Below are positions 25,715 to 34,495 of a stretch of 64,000 nt of DNA, in pieces. Below the pieces are notes generated by a model, which saw only the letters and a list, made by a program, of their open reading frames with translations, searched no databases and was not told the DNA's origin. Source of the stretch: a virus (Duplodnaviria > Caudoviricetes). The first letter of the stretch is position 1. Each line of letters begins with the position of its first letter. Location: the IMG/VR virus record IMGVR_UViG_3300006846_000001, positions 37,314 through 101,313 of that record; one strand, written 5' to 3'. A program made the translations under genes and the position numbers.

Positions 25715-26058
25715 CTAGCGGCGTCTACCGCGACCTGGAGGCGGGGTGGGGGACCGAACTTCGTGCGGGCGCCCTTGACGATGGCGTTGACGCGGGGCCC
25801 GGTGACGCTGAGGCTCCCGGCCAGCCGCTCCTGGGTGACGCGCGGTTCCATGCCGTCCTGGCCGTAGAGGGCGAGTTGAGCGATCACCGCGTGGGCGGCA
25901 TCAGCGATGGCCTGGTGCCTGGCGGCGATGCGAGCCAGGCGCCCGAGCTGATGCAGGAGGCCGGCCTCGTCCTGGGGGTAGACGGCCAGACGGACCAGTT
26001 CCTTCGGGAGGGCGACGTCGCCGTCGGGGATCTTGGCGGAGGTGGTGGGAGACGTCAT
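25711..26058 (-). CDS. HTH DNA-binding protein (candidate palindrome regulator)
   Basis: VTQERLAGSLSVTGPRVNAIVK HTH; own promoter carries a variant palindrome. Confidence 0.6.
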   Translation of the reverse strand: MTSPTTSAKIPDGDVALPKELVRLAVYPQDEAGLLHQLGRLARIAARHQAIADAAHAVIAQLALYGQDGMEPRVTQERLAGSLSVTGPRVNAIVKGARTKFGPPPRLQVAVDAAS

Positions 26059-26067
26059 GGGGGTTAC

Positions 26068-26081
26068 CTTACCGGTGTTAG
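26068..26081 (-). promoter_or_regulatory. Palindrome variant CTTACCGGTGTTAG
   Basis: -10 TAAGGT, -35 TTGCGG; 9 nt to ATG at 26058. Confidence 0.7.
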
Positions 26082-26447
26082 TTACCGCAACAGGGCTTTG
26101 ATGGCCGGCCAGTGTCGGGGCCTCCACACGTGCACCTCCACGCCGGGCACCTCGGCGAGATCCCGTAGCCAGAGGTCCTGGGCGTCGGAGGTGTGGCCCT
26201 TCTCCCGTTTGAACTCGGCGATGACGAGGACGCCGCGTCGCACGGCGATGAAGTCGGGGAAGCCGGGGTCGCCTTGAAAGGCGGTGCGGACCTTGCCGTC
26301 TGGCATGCGGCAGGGGAGGTCGTGCTTGCGTCGCCACCCCTTGTCGAGGGCGTAGCGCATGACGACCTTCTGGAGGTCGGTCTCTGAGGCGGTGCGGTCC
26401 TGGACGCGGGCCAGGGCCTGGCGGATCTCCAGGGGGAGGCCGGGCAT
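26082..26447 (-). CDS. VRR-NUC domain nuclease
   Basis: SETDLQ, GFPD, AEFK, S.AQ..W. Confidence 0.85.
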   Translation of the reverse strand: MPGLPLEIRQALARVQDRTASETDLQKVVMRYALDKGWRRKHDLPCRMPDGKVRTAFQGDPGFPDFIAVRRGVLVIAEFKREKGHTSDAQDLWLRDLAEVPGVEVHVWRPRHWPAIKALLR

Positions 26448-26709
26448 TAGCGGCGCCGGTCTTGGATGGTGGCCTTGAGCTTCTCGGTGGCGCTCACCTT
26501 GCGGGGGAGCTCGACGCCACCGGCCGTGCGCTCCTCGATGGTGGCGGCCTGCCCGGTGATCTTCTGGTGCGCCTCCAGGGCGAGGCAGCACGCGGGGCAC
26601 TCGAAGTCGAAGGCCGTTTGCTTCGTGGCCGGCCGCTCCGGGAAGTCGCAGGCGTACCAGGCGCCGGGGCGGAGGCCGTCGCGCGGGTGCAGGGCCCTCG
26701 CTGGTCCCG

Positions 26710-27531
26710 TCATGTGATCGGCTCGGCGTAGTTGTGGGGGGCGCCGCGGCGGGCGCGGTCGGCGAGGGCCATGCGGACCGTCTGACCGATGGCGTCCTCG
26801 ATGGTGCGGCCCGGCCCGGATGCGGCGAAGGTCCCGTCGCCGCCGCAGTCCCAGGCGTTCTCGCCCTTGCCGGGGATCGGGATGTACCCATCAGGGCGCT
26901 TGCCGTCGGGGCCGTCCTCGGGGAGGTAGGGACCGTCAGGGCCTGGCCGGGACAGGATGTCGATGTCGTAGCCGTGGTGGATGACGGGCCAGGGCCAGCG
27001 GGGCCGGCGCCAGGTCACGGTCTCGAGGACGACGGTGGCCCGGTAGTTGCCTTCGGGCATGGGCACGTCGACCTCGACGGGCTCGGTGCTCGTCTTGCTC
27101 TTGGCGGGCTTGCCTGCGATCCAGTCGAACAACTGGAAGTTCCCGGAGCGCCAGCGGGGCGTGCCCCTCGTCCAGCTCCACTTGTCGTGCCACACCTCCC
27201 ACCAGATGGCCCGGTCGTGGGCCGTCAGGGTGGCGATGTTCCGTTCCGTCAGGTCGGGCCAGCGGGCGGCCAGGAAGCGGCGGATGGGCGGGCCGCCGAT
27301 GATCACCCACACCGAGGCGATGTGCGCGATGCCTGCGGTGAGCTTGAGTCCGCCCGAGTCGTCATCACCGGCGAGGCCGATGCCGGTGTGGCGGGCGCCA
27401 GAGGCGATGTACGCCTCGACGCGAGCCTCCAGGATGTCGTTGCCCTCCTGGCCCTTCGGGTGGTCGTAGAGGGTGGCGAACCAGCGGACGCCGCGGGTGC
27501 CTTCGCGGATGGTGAAGCGGTGCAGGTGCAT
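26710..27531 (-). CDS. Hypothetical Trp-rich protein
   Basis: ATG at 27531 overlaps the previous stop. Confidence 0.55.
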   Translation of the reverse strand: MHLHRFTIREGTRGVRWFATLYDHPKGQEGNDILEARVEAYIASGARHTGIGLAGDDDSGGLKLTAGIAHIASVWVIIGGPPIRRFLAARWPDLTERNIATLTAHDRAIWWEVWHDKWSWTRGTPRWRSGNFQLFDWIAGKPAKSKTSTEPVEVDVPMPEGNYRATVVLETVTWRRPRWPWPVIHHGYDIDILSRPGPDGPYLPEDGPDGKRPDGYIPIPGKGENAWDCGGDGTFAASGPGRTIEDAIGQTVRMALADRARRGAPHNYAEPIT

Positions 27532-27914
27532 CAGGCGGGTGTCTCCCAGGACCAGCGGCGCAGGCCCAGAGCGTGCGCCTCGGCGGGGTGGGTGGTCTTC
27601 CACTCGTGGTGGGCGTGGCAGAGGACTTGCGTCTGGTCCGGTTCCAGGTGGGCGCCGGGCCGGACGCCGCGGGGTGTGATCTCATCGACCTCCAGGCCCC
27701 CAGCGCAGCGCACCTCCGGGACGAGGCTCCGGGCGGTGCACTGGTAGCCGGCGGCGGCGAGCGCCTGCTCCCTGACGGCGGCCCTGGCGGCCTTCTCTTG
27801 TCGTCGTCGGGCGGACTGCGCCGGGAGGCGCCCGGTGCGTTTGAGGCTGCCCGTGCGGGCCAGAGGGGCGCCTCTGGCCAGGGGCTTGCCTCGCTTGATC
27901 CCGGTGCGCTTCAA
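27531..27914 (-). CDS. HNH endonuclease-like protein
   Basis: MKRT basic leader, C...C, EVDEITPRG, LCHAHHEWK. Confidence 0.6.
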   Translation of the reverse strand: MKRTGIKRGKPLARGAPLARTGSLKRTGRLPAQSARRRQEKAARAAVREQALAAAGYQCTARSLVPEVRCAGGLEVDEITPRGVRPGAHLEPDQTQVLCHAHHEWKTTHPAEAHALGLRRWSWETPA

Positions 27915-28543
27915 GAGCTGCGGCGCCGGGGCTTCCGGGTGGCGGCCTTGTCCTTCAGGTCAGTCACGGCCCCATCGAGGTCGGGGGGCACCGGGCCCTC
28001 ACCCTCAGCCTCGGTGTCGGCCGTCTGTGCCTGGGTGTCGGCGGGCCAGCCCTCCTCGTCGACGGGACCATCGGGCTCGGGGGCCACGGGCAGTTCGTGG
28101 ACGTTGGTCGCCTCGTCGCCCTGGTCGACCTTGGCGTCTTCGTCATCCCAACCATCGGAGCCGGGGAGGCGCTGGTTGCCCTTGGCGTCATCGGCGGCGC
28201 GCTGGTTGCGGAGCTTCTGCATGCGGATGCGCTCGTCGGCGAAGTCCCCGTCGACGATGGTGACCGTCTTGCCGATGAGGGTCATCACGAGGCGCAGGGG
28301 GGCGTCGGTCTCCTCATCGTCGTAGCCGCGGAGGACGCGGATCTGGTGGGGGCCGACGACGCATCGCACGAGGAGGTCGACCTCCTGGCCCTGCTCCAGC
28401 TCGTGGGCGCCCACGCCGAGGGACTCGGAGAGGCCGTCGCCCACGTTCGTGACCTTGGCCTCGACGCGGACGACGGGGCGCCCGCGGTAGGGCTGGAGGT
28501 TGCCGGGCTCGGGGGCGGCGAGGGCAGAGGCGAGATCGGACAT
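27911..28543 (-). CDS. Hypothetical protein with acidic tail
   Basis: AAGGAG SD; palindrome variant CATACCGGGGTTAG at 28580-28593 upstream. Confidence 0.6.
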   Translation of the reverse strand: MSDLASALAAPEPGNLQPYRGRPVVRVEAKVTNVGDGLSESLGVGAHELEQGQEVDLLVRCVVGPHQIRVLRGYDDEETDAPLRLVMTLIGKTVTIVDGDFADERIRMQKLRNQRAADDAKGNQRLPGSDGWDDEDAKVDQGDEATNVHELPVAPEPDGPVDEEGWPADTQAQTADTEAEGEGPVPPDLDGAVTDLKDKAATRKPRRRSS

Positions 28544-28737
28544 GGGGCGGGTCTCCTTGCCGGCGGGTGAGGTGGCCAACATACCGGGGTTAGCGCCCCG
28601 GTGGCCGGATGGCCCACGTCGCGTTCCTGGGGACGTGGGGGGCAAGGCGGGCGATGAGGTTGCAGGGGTCAGCGCCGGGTTGGATGGGGTGCTCCATGCG
28701 CCCGGCGGGAAGGGTGATGACGATGACGGGGTGGGGG

Positions 28738-29532
28738 TCACGCCGCCGCGAGGGGGGCGTGATAGGCGATGACGTGCTCATGGGCGACGCGGGCATCGTG
28801 GTTTGCTCCGTTGCGGTTGCGGTCCGTCTTCACATCGACGAGGTCAGCGATGTCGTAGCCGAGGCTGGCGAGGTGGTTGTGGTGGAAGGCCGAGACGTGC
28901 TGGCGCCGCTGGCGGCCCCCGACCTTGCGCAGGTGATCGGAGATGTTGAGGATGAGCCAGCCGCCCAGCGCGGGGTCCTCAGCGACGTGGGGCCGCAGGA
29001 CCCGAGTCGCCTCCGCCCATGCGAGCTTGTGGAAGCGCCTGTACTCGGGTCCCCACTTCATGCCGGCCGAGCTCCCAGCGGTCAGGGCGCGGCCGAGGCT
29101 GAGGCGGTAGGTGTAGCGGGTGGAGGTGTCATGGCCGACGCCGCCACAGCGGGCGCAGGGCGGCGAGTCGAAGAGGTCGGTGGGGTGGCCCTTGCACTTG
29201 CGGCAGACGCCGAGGCCGTCATACAGGTCGGCCATGCGGTTGCCGTAGCAGGGACTGGTGATGATGGCGTCGAAGGTCCCGTCAGCGAAGGGCAGGCGGA
29301 GCGCGTCAGCAGCGAGGGCCCGGGGCCGGCCAGCGGCGGCCCACTCCCACTCCAGCTCCGACGCGACCGTGAGGCGCCCGTTGGCCAGCTCGTGGATGAG
29401 GCCGACGCCGGCGAAGGGGTCCAGGATCGTCCATCGGCGGTCGGGGTCCTCCCGCTCGAGGATGCCGGCGATGGCGTCGCGGATGGGCGAGGAGAATTTG
29501 GCGCAGTGGTCGGGGATGTCACGAACGGTCAC
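28738..29532 (-). CDS. Amino (N4C/N6A-type) DNA methyltransferase-like protein
   Basis: ILDPFAGVG (SAM binding), ITSPCY (SPPY-like), RVLRP; CxxC...CxxC insert. Confidence 0.65.
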   Translation of the reverse strand: MTVRDIPDHCAKFSSPIRDAIAGILEREDPDRRWTILDPFAGVGLIHELANGRLTVASELEWEWAAAGRPRALAADALRLPFADGTFDAIITSPCYGNRMADLYDGLGVCRKCKGHPTDLFDSPPCARCGGVGHDTSTRYTYRLSLGRALTAGSSAGMKWGPEYRRFHKLAWAEATRVLRPHVAEDPALGGWLILNISDHLRKVGGRQRRQHVSAFHHNHLASLGYDIADLVDVKTDRNRNGANHDARVAHEHVIAYHAPLAAA

Positions 29533-29782
29533 GGCGCCTCCGGGTGGGGCGTGGGGGGCGGCACTCCTCGCAGCGGTGACCGGGGCGCATGTGGCCCTGG
29601 CGGAAGAGGCGGTGCTGTCGGGGTTGGCACTCCTCGCACGGAACGGCGCTGTTCTCCGCGGCGGCCCGGCGTTGAGCGATGGTGGTGGGCTCCGTGTCGA
29701 GGCGAAGCTGTTCGCTCACCTCCTCGGGGGTGGCCTCGCGCCAGCCTGAGCCTCGGCACCGTGGGCAGGCGGGCGGCGTCAC
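29519..29782 (-). CDS. Small Zn-finger protein
   Basis: CPRCRGSGW...PCEEC...CEEC. Confidence 0.55.
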   Translation of the reverse strand: MTPPACPRCRGSGWREATPEEVSEQLRLDTEPTTIAQRRAAAENSAVPCEECQPRQHRLFRQGHMRPGHRCEECRPPRPTRRRRDRS

Positions 29783-30438
29783 GGGTCCAGTCTCCTGTCT
29801 GGGCCGCCGACTCCCAGCACGACGGCGCCGCAGCCCAGGACCCGGGACGCGATGCGCTCGCCCACGGCGGTCATGAGGTCCTCTGGCGCGAGGTTGGTGG
29901 TGACGATGGTGGGCCGCTCATCCAGCCACCGGCGGTTGATGAGGGCGTAGAGGCGTTCGTCGGTCCAGTCCGTGGCGCGGCTGGCGCCCAGGTCATCGAG
30001 GATGAGCGTGTCAGCGTCGGTCACGGCGCGGTCCCACACCTCCAAGTCGCCGCCGGGGCGGAGGCCATCGAGCAACTCCACGACGGGCCAGAACTGCACC
30101 TCGTCTCCGGCGTCGAAGCGCAGGCGGGCGGCGGCCACGGCGGCGTGCGTCTTGCCGGTGCCGGTGGGGCCGTACAGGACGAGGTTGGGGGCCGGGCCCT
30201 CGGTGGTGGCCCACGCCTCCACGTCGCCGCGCCACGCCTCGGCCAGGTCCTCGATCTTCGCCCACCGGAAGCGGTTGGGGATCTGCTCCCATCGGGCCTC
30301 CCGCCAGCGGGGGGTGAGGGGCTGGTCCTCGTCATGGGCGCGGGGTTTGAAGCGGTCGAGTTGCTTGGCGGCGACCGTCCACACTTGCTGCGTGAGGCGG
30401 GCGGGCCCGTCTACCTGGTCGCTGTCGCTGGGGTCCAT
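29779..30438 (-). CDS. DnaC/IstB-like AAA+ helicase loader
   Basis: IP.RF, GPTGTGKT, LILDDLG, INRR, TTN, RIASR. Confidence 0.9.
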   Translation of the reverse strand: MDPSDSDQVDGPARLTQQVWTVAAKQLDRFKPRAHDEDQPLTPRWREARWEQIPNRFRWAKIEDLAEAWRGDVEAWATTEGPAPNLVLYGPTGTGKTHAAVAAARLRFDAGDEVQFWPVVELLDGLRPGGDLEVWDRAVTDADTLILDDLGASRATDWTDERLYALINRRWLDERPTIVTTNLAPEDLMTAVGERIASRVLGCGAVVLGVGGPDRRLDP

Positions 30439-31259
30439 CGTCCACTCACGGTGCGGTCGGTCGCGATCTGCTGGCGGCCGGCGGGCGGGGGCGTCGGCCG
30501 CACCGGCGGGGAGTCAGGTGGCAGGGGTGTTTGCCAGTCCGGCCATAGCTTCTTCTCCAGCCACCGGAAGGCGTCCATGGCCCCGGCCTTGCCACGCTCT
30601 GAGGCGTCGGCGTAGTGGCGGGCGCCGGTCAGAGCGGCGGTCCGCTCGGCCCGCGTGAGGCCCCTCCACTTCTGGTGGGCCTGGCCCTTGCTCAGCTTGC
30701 GCCCGTTGCGCCTCGGCCACGCATCCCAGAACGCAGCGAAGGAAGCGGCATCGTCGCTGCCCTCCAGCGTCAGTTCCAGCGGAGCGGGGTCCGGCGCGCG
30801 CGCGTCGCGCGACACATGTTCTTTGTAGGGGTTAACCGTTGTAACCGTAGGGGTCGCGGAGGGGCTGGTGGGAGGGGGTGGGAGTGGACCGTTTCGCGTT
30901 ACAAGTGCACCGTTTGTTTGTGTCGAGTGCACCGTTTGTTGTGTAAACGGTCCGCTTACCGGACTGTTTTCTACGTACCCGAGGGGCGCGTCGATGACAC
31001 CAGGGATGTCATATGTGGTGGCCTTGCCGCGGCCGCCACCGGGCTCGGTTATGACGATCCAGCCGGCCTCTTGGAGGCGGTCGAGGATCTTGAAGACTTG
31101 CGTCCTCGAGTACAGGGACCCTTCGATGATTGCCGCTAGCCCGGGGTGGCTGTCTTTGCCATCACGGTTGGCGCTGTCTGCGATGGGCAGGAGGACGGCT
31201 CGCATGGCTCGGTCGCGTGGCCCATATCGCAGAACCCAGCCGGTGGCCTGGCCGCTCAT
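30411..31259 (-). CDS. Replication initiator (N-terminal wHTH, lambda-O-like arrangement)
   Basis: HPGLAAI...SRTQVFKILDRLQEAGWI; FAAFWDAWPR..K..A..KW; internal iterons; upstream of the loader gene. Confidence 0.8.
   Translation of the reverse strand: MSGQATGWVLRYGPRDRAMRAVLLPIADSANRDGKDSHPGLAAIIEGSLYSRTQVFKILDRLQEAGWIVITEPGGGRGKATTYDIPGVIDAPLGYVENSPVSGPFTQQTVHSTQTNGALVTRNGPLPPPPTSPSATPTVTTVNPYKEHVSRDARAPDPAPLELTLEGSDDAASFAAFWDAWPRRNGRKLSKGQAHQKWRGLTRAERTAALTGARHYADASERGKAGAMDAFRWLEKKLWPDWQTPLPPDSPPVRPTPPPAGRQQIATDRTVSGRWTPATATR
30883..30969. repeat. Iteron array / putative replication origin
   Basis: AGTGGACCGTTT 30883, AGTGCACCGTTT 30904 and 30926, inverted copy 30945-30956, ACCGGACTGTTT 30958; locally AT-rich. 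Confidence 0.75.
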
Positions 31260-31349
31260 TGGCGGTAGCCCTCGGGGGTGCCTTGGGGGGTAGTAGGGTC
31301 GTTCACATCTGCTCCTCGCCGTAATGCATCTATCGGAGTGGATGATCTG

Positions 31350-31379
31350 AGGTCCCCGGGAGTCGCGGCCCGGGGACCT
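31350..31379. terminator. Hairpin in the leader of the replication operon
   Basis: AGGTCCCCGGG/CCCGGGGACCT 11-bp stem. Confidence 0.55.
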
Positions 31380-31406
31380 TTCGCGTGTTGGTAGCGGACG
31401 TTATAG

Positions 31407-32744
31407 CTACTGGGCGGGGGGCTGCTCCTGGGCCGGCTCGTTGGTCTGCTGGGCGGCGATGCGGGCAGCGGCGTCCGCCTCGATGGTGGCCAAGTCGAGG
31501 CCGGCCAGGTTGCCCAGATGGTTGACGAGGGTCGCCACGTTGCGGGCAGGATCGTCGGTCACCTCCAGGTCCTCGCCGGTCAGGGCGTCGCTGAGCGCCT
31601 CGGTGGTGAGGGCCCGCACCGCGTCGATGACGTCGTTCCACGAGCCTGGCGGCGCCTCCGGGAACATCCGCTCTAGGACCGCTGGGCGGCCGTCCTCTGC
31701 GGGCAGGGCGTCCGGTGCCGGTGTGGGCGCCTCGGTGGCAGGGAAGGTCTTCTGTCGGGCCTGGGAGACCAGCGACTCGACTTGGCGGACCATGTTGACC
31801 TTGAGGTGGCGCATGGAGGGCTTGCCGTCCACGACGGGCAGGAGGGTGTCCTCCTCTCCCATGGGGTCCTCGGCCATCCACTGCTCCCGGATCCAGGCTT
31901 GGCGCTCCGGGGCCAGGGATTTGATGAGGCCGTTGAGGCGGTCCCAGGTGTCTTGGTCGATCCACTCCTGCGGGGCAGCGGCGGGCGGCTCGTCGCTGGT
32001 GCGCTGCTGCTGGCCTCGCTGGCCTCGCTGGCGGCCGCCGGTGCTGTGCTGCTGGTATTGGTCCTCGCCGGGCGGCTCCTGCGATTCGGTCTCCTCTCGC
32101 TTGTCCCCGATGTTGAACAGGGTGTTGAGGAAGCCCTTGCGCGCTTGGGTGCGGGCCTTGGCGATTTGCTTGTCGGACTTGTCCCGGCCCTGCCCGTAGG
32201 TGACGGGCAACTCACCGTCGGGGCCTCGGAGGAAGTCCCCGGCGGGTCCCTGGACGTACCAGGTGAGGCGGAGCCTCACCTCCATCCAGCCCGGGTTCAT
32301 GTTGATGGCCTCGTTGTCGAGCTGCTCGACGATCTCCTCGATGCTCCAGTAGACGACGCCGTGCCGGGCGCACACGTCTTGGAGGCGACCGACGATGGCC
32401 TCGATGCCCCGGAACATGTACCCCTCAGGGGAGCGGTCGTCCTTGCCGATGCCGGGGAGCTCGGCCATCACCCGGGCGATGGCCACCTGAACCGGCGGCG
32501 GGACGGCCGCCTGGGAGGCCAGGTCGAGGACACGGATCTTGTCGGGGTCGATGTTGGCGGGGATGACCATGAGGCGGGAGTTGGCGACGAGGCCGGCCAG
32601 GGCGGCCATGTCGCTGGGCTCGATGCCGGCGGCCTTGGCCAGGGCCTCCCGGACATCTTCCTCGCGGATGGCGTCACGTTCGGGCGTCTTGTCCGGCGGG
32701 GCGTTGCCGGCGGTGGCCTTCGCTGGGGTCGCGCGGGGGGCCAT
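31407..32744 (-). CDS. erf: ERF-family ssDNA annealing protein
   Basis: IARVMAELPGIGKD..GYMFRGIEAIV, G.GRDKSDKQIAKARTQARKGFL..LFNI. Confidence 0.8.
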   Translation of the reverse strand: MAPRATPAKATAGNAPPDKTPERDAIREEDVREALAKAAGIEPSDMAALAGLVANSRLMVIPANIDPDKIRVLDLASQAAVPPPVQVAIARVMAELPGIGKDDRSPEGYMFRGIEAIVGRLQDVCARHGVVYWSIEEIVEQLDNEAINMNPGWMEVRLRLTWYVQGPAGDFLRGPDGELPVTYGQGRDKSDKQIAKARTQARKGFLNTLFNIGDKREETESQEPPGEDQYQQHSTGGRQRGQRGQQQRTSDEPPAAAPQEWIDQDTWDRLNGLIKSLAPERQAWIREQWMAEDPMGEEDTLLPVVDGKPSMRHLKVNMVRQVESLVSQARQKTFPATEAPTPAPDALPAEDGRPAVLERMFPEAPPGSWNDVIDAVRALTTEALSDALTGEDLEVTDDPARNVATLVNHLGNLAGLDLATIEADAAARIAAQQTNEPAQEQPPAQ

Positions 32745-33526
32745 CAGTCCCGCACCTCCGGGAGGTGGGGGTGCGGGGTGGCGGTGATGCGGGGCCACTC
32801 GACGCCGGCGCCGGGGACGGGCTCGGTCCCGAGGGTCACCTCCCCGTCGTCGTCGACTTTGCGGTGCACGACGATGAGGGCGTCCCGGTCGCCGGGCTCA
32901 GGGACGAGGGCCACGTGCTGGCGCAGGTCCGTGACGTTGACCTTGCGGGTCGTCGTGACTGCGTCGGGGCACTCGCGGCGCGCCCACGCCAGGAGGTCCG
33001 CGTCAGCCTGGATGATCGCGACGGGCTCGGCGGCGCAGCGGGTGGAGACGCTCCCGGAGGGGAGGTGGAACGTCTTGGGGTACGTCTTGCGGCCAGCGGC
33101 CTCAGCGGCGGCCATGGCCTCGTCGCGCTGGGCGATGCCCCACTGCTCCAGGTGCGCCCCGAAGAACGTGGCGATGCGACGCCAGTACGCGGCTTGCTTC
33201 CAGTACGCCTCCTGTGCCCTCGTGATGTAGGCGTCCCTCTGGCGGGCGAGGGACTCGAGGACGTGGTGGGCCTCGGCCAGGCGGCCCATGCACCACTCAG
33301 CGTCAGACTCGGTGGTGGGCGTCCAGCGGGGGGCACGGCCTGCTGCGGTCTCGCCCTGGCCGATGTAGCCGGTGATGACGGCACGGTCGTGGCTGTCGGT
33401 CTGGGTGGCGGCATCCACGCTGGTGGCCTGGTTGAACTCGTCGGCGAGCCGGCGACCCACTAGGTGTTCGATCTCAGCGTCAACGTCGATGGGGGCGGGG
33501 GTGATGTCGAGGTGGGGTACTGCCAT
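32744..33526 (-). CDS. gam: Mu Gam-like host-nuclease inhibitor
   Basis: AEWCMGRLA, long coiled coil, KTFHLPSGSVSTR, VPGAGV. Confidence 0.7.
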   Translation of the reverse strand: MAVPHLDITPAPIDVDAEIEHLVGRRLADEFNQATSVDAATQTDSHDRAVITGYIGQGETAAGRAPRWTPTTESDAEWCMGRLAEAHHVLESLARQRDAYITRAQEAYWKQAAYWRRIATFFGAHLEQWGIAQRDEAMAAAEAAGRKTYPKTFHLPSGSVSTRCAAEPVAIIQADADLLAWARRECPDAVTTTRKVNVTDLRQHVALVPEPGDRDALIVVHRKVDDDGEVTLGTEPVPGAGVEWPRITATPHPHLPEVRD

Positions 33527-33554
33527 GGGGCCTCCTGGTCGCGGGGCCAGGACC

Positions 33555-33568
33555 CTAACACCGGTTAG
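33555..33568 (-). promoter_or_regulatory. Palindrome variant CTAACACCGGTTAG
   Basis: -10 TAGGGT; upstream of gam-erf. Confidence 0.8.
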
Positions 33569-33593
33569 CGCATGGCGGGGTGGATGCGGACGC

Positions 33594-33622
33594 GAAAGCG
33601 CCCCCGCCGAAGCGGGGGCGCT
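33594..33622 (-). terminator. Intrinsic terminator
   Basis: 11-bp stem, C(UUCG)G loop and short U run on the minus strand. Confidence 0.75.
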
Positions 33623-33633
33623 GGCGGCCCGGA

Positions 33634-33978
33634 TCAGCCGGACTGGAGGATGCGACGGGAGACCGAGTCGACGTAGCCGTGGAAGACCCGGCCCTCAGCG
33701 GTCCAACGCTCGGCGTAGACCCAGCCGTTGTCCTCTCCGGTGTGCCAGCAGTTGGTGATGGCCTGACGGCCGTCCTCAGTGAGGGTCACGTCGATGAGGG
33801 GGCAGCGGCCGGCCATGACGTCAGCAACGTCGACGTGGCCGTAGTTGCCCGTCACGACGGTGAGGGGCGTGGCCTCGAAGGTGATGGCCTGGTCGCGCAG
33901 GTCCAGCCAGGACAGGATGTCGAAGCTGGTGGTGCGGACGACGGGGAAGGTGGTGCGGGGAAGGGCGGTCGTGCTCAT
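33634..33978 (-). CDS. Hypothetical protein, leaderless cassette gene
   Basis: ATGAGCAC start; flanked by palindrome promoter and terminator. Confidence 0.75.
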   Translation of the reverse strand: MSTTALPRTTFPVVRTTSFDILSWLDLRDQAITFEATPLTVVTGNYGHVDVADVMAGRCPLIDVTLTEDGRQAITNCWHTGEDNGWVYAERWTAEGRVFHGYVDSVSRRILQSG

Positions 33979-33987
33979 GCCCTGATA

Positions 33988-34014
33988 CTAACCCGGGTTA
34001 GCGTCATCGGTCAA
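33988..34014 (-). promoter_or_regulatory. Palindrome CTAACCCGGGTTAG with -35 TTGACC
   Basis: Exact copy; -10 TAGTAT. Confidence 0.9.
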
Positions 34015-34094
34015 GGGTGGTAGCGCGGCTGAGGCCCCGGACCGTCTCCCCGGCAGGCGGTATGGGGGGGGGAGGTGGCCGGGGCCTCAGCGGG

Positions 34095-34484
34095 TCATCG
34101 TAGGGGCCGGATGACGCCTGGCCCGGTGGCCTGGTTGAGGCCGCCCCTCGACCGGAGGAGGGGGTCCCAGACGCCGAGGTACGTGCCGATGCCGGTGGCG
34201 AAGATGATGAGCGTCTGGAGGAGCCACTCCTGCGAGAGGATCGCCGTCCCGTCGTCCTGGATTGTCTGCACGAAGGCGTTGCCCACGGCGGCCAGGGCAC
34301 CGGCGAGGCCGATCTTCACCCACGCGGGGTTGCTGGGGTGGTTGAGGAGGCCGTTCACCAGGGGCAGCACGAAGCCCACCAGGAGGAGGACGAGGCTGTT
34401 GTTGATGGTGAAGACCGTCCCGACGGGTGAGTCGGGGGTGGCGTTGCCGGCATCCTGTGCCAGCGCTGTGAGGGTGGCGAGCAT
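34095..34484 (-). CDS. Holin-like membrane protein
   Basis: Three hydrophobic segments; directly after the endolysin. Confidence 0.65.
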   Translation of the reverse strand: MLATLTALAQDAGNATPDSPVGTVFTINNSLVLLLVGFVLPLVNGLLNHPSNPAWVKIGLAGALAAVGNAFVQTIQDDGTAILSQEWLLQTLIIFATGIGTYLGVWDPLLRSRGGLNQATGPGVIRPLR

Positions 34485-34495
34485 GTGGTCTCCGT

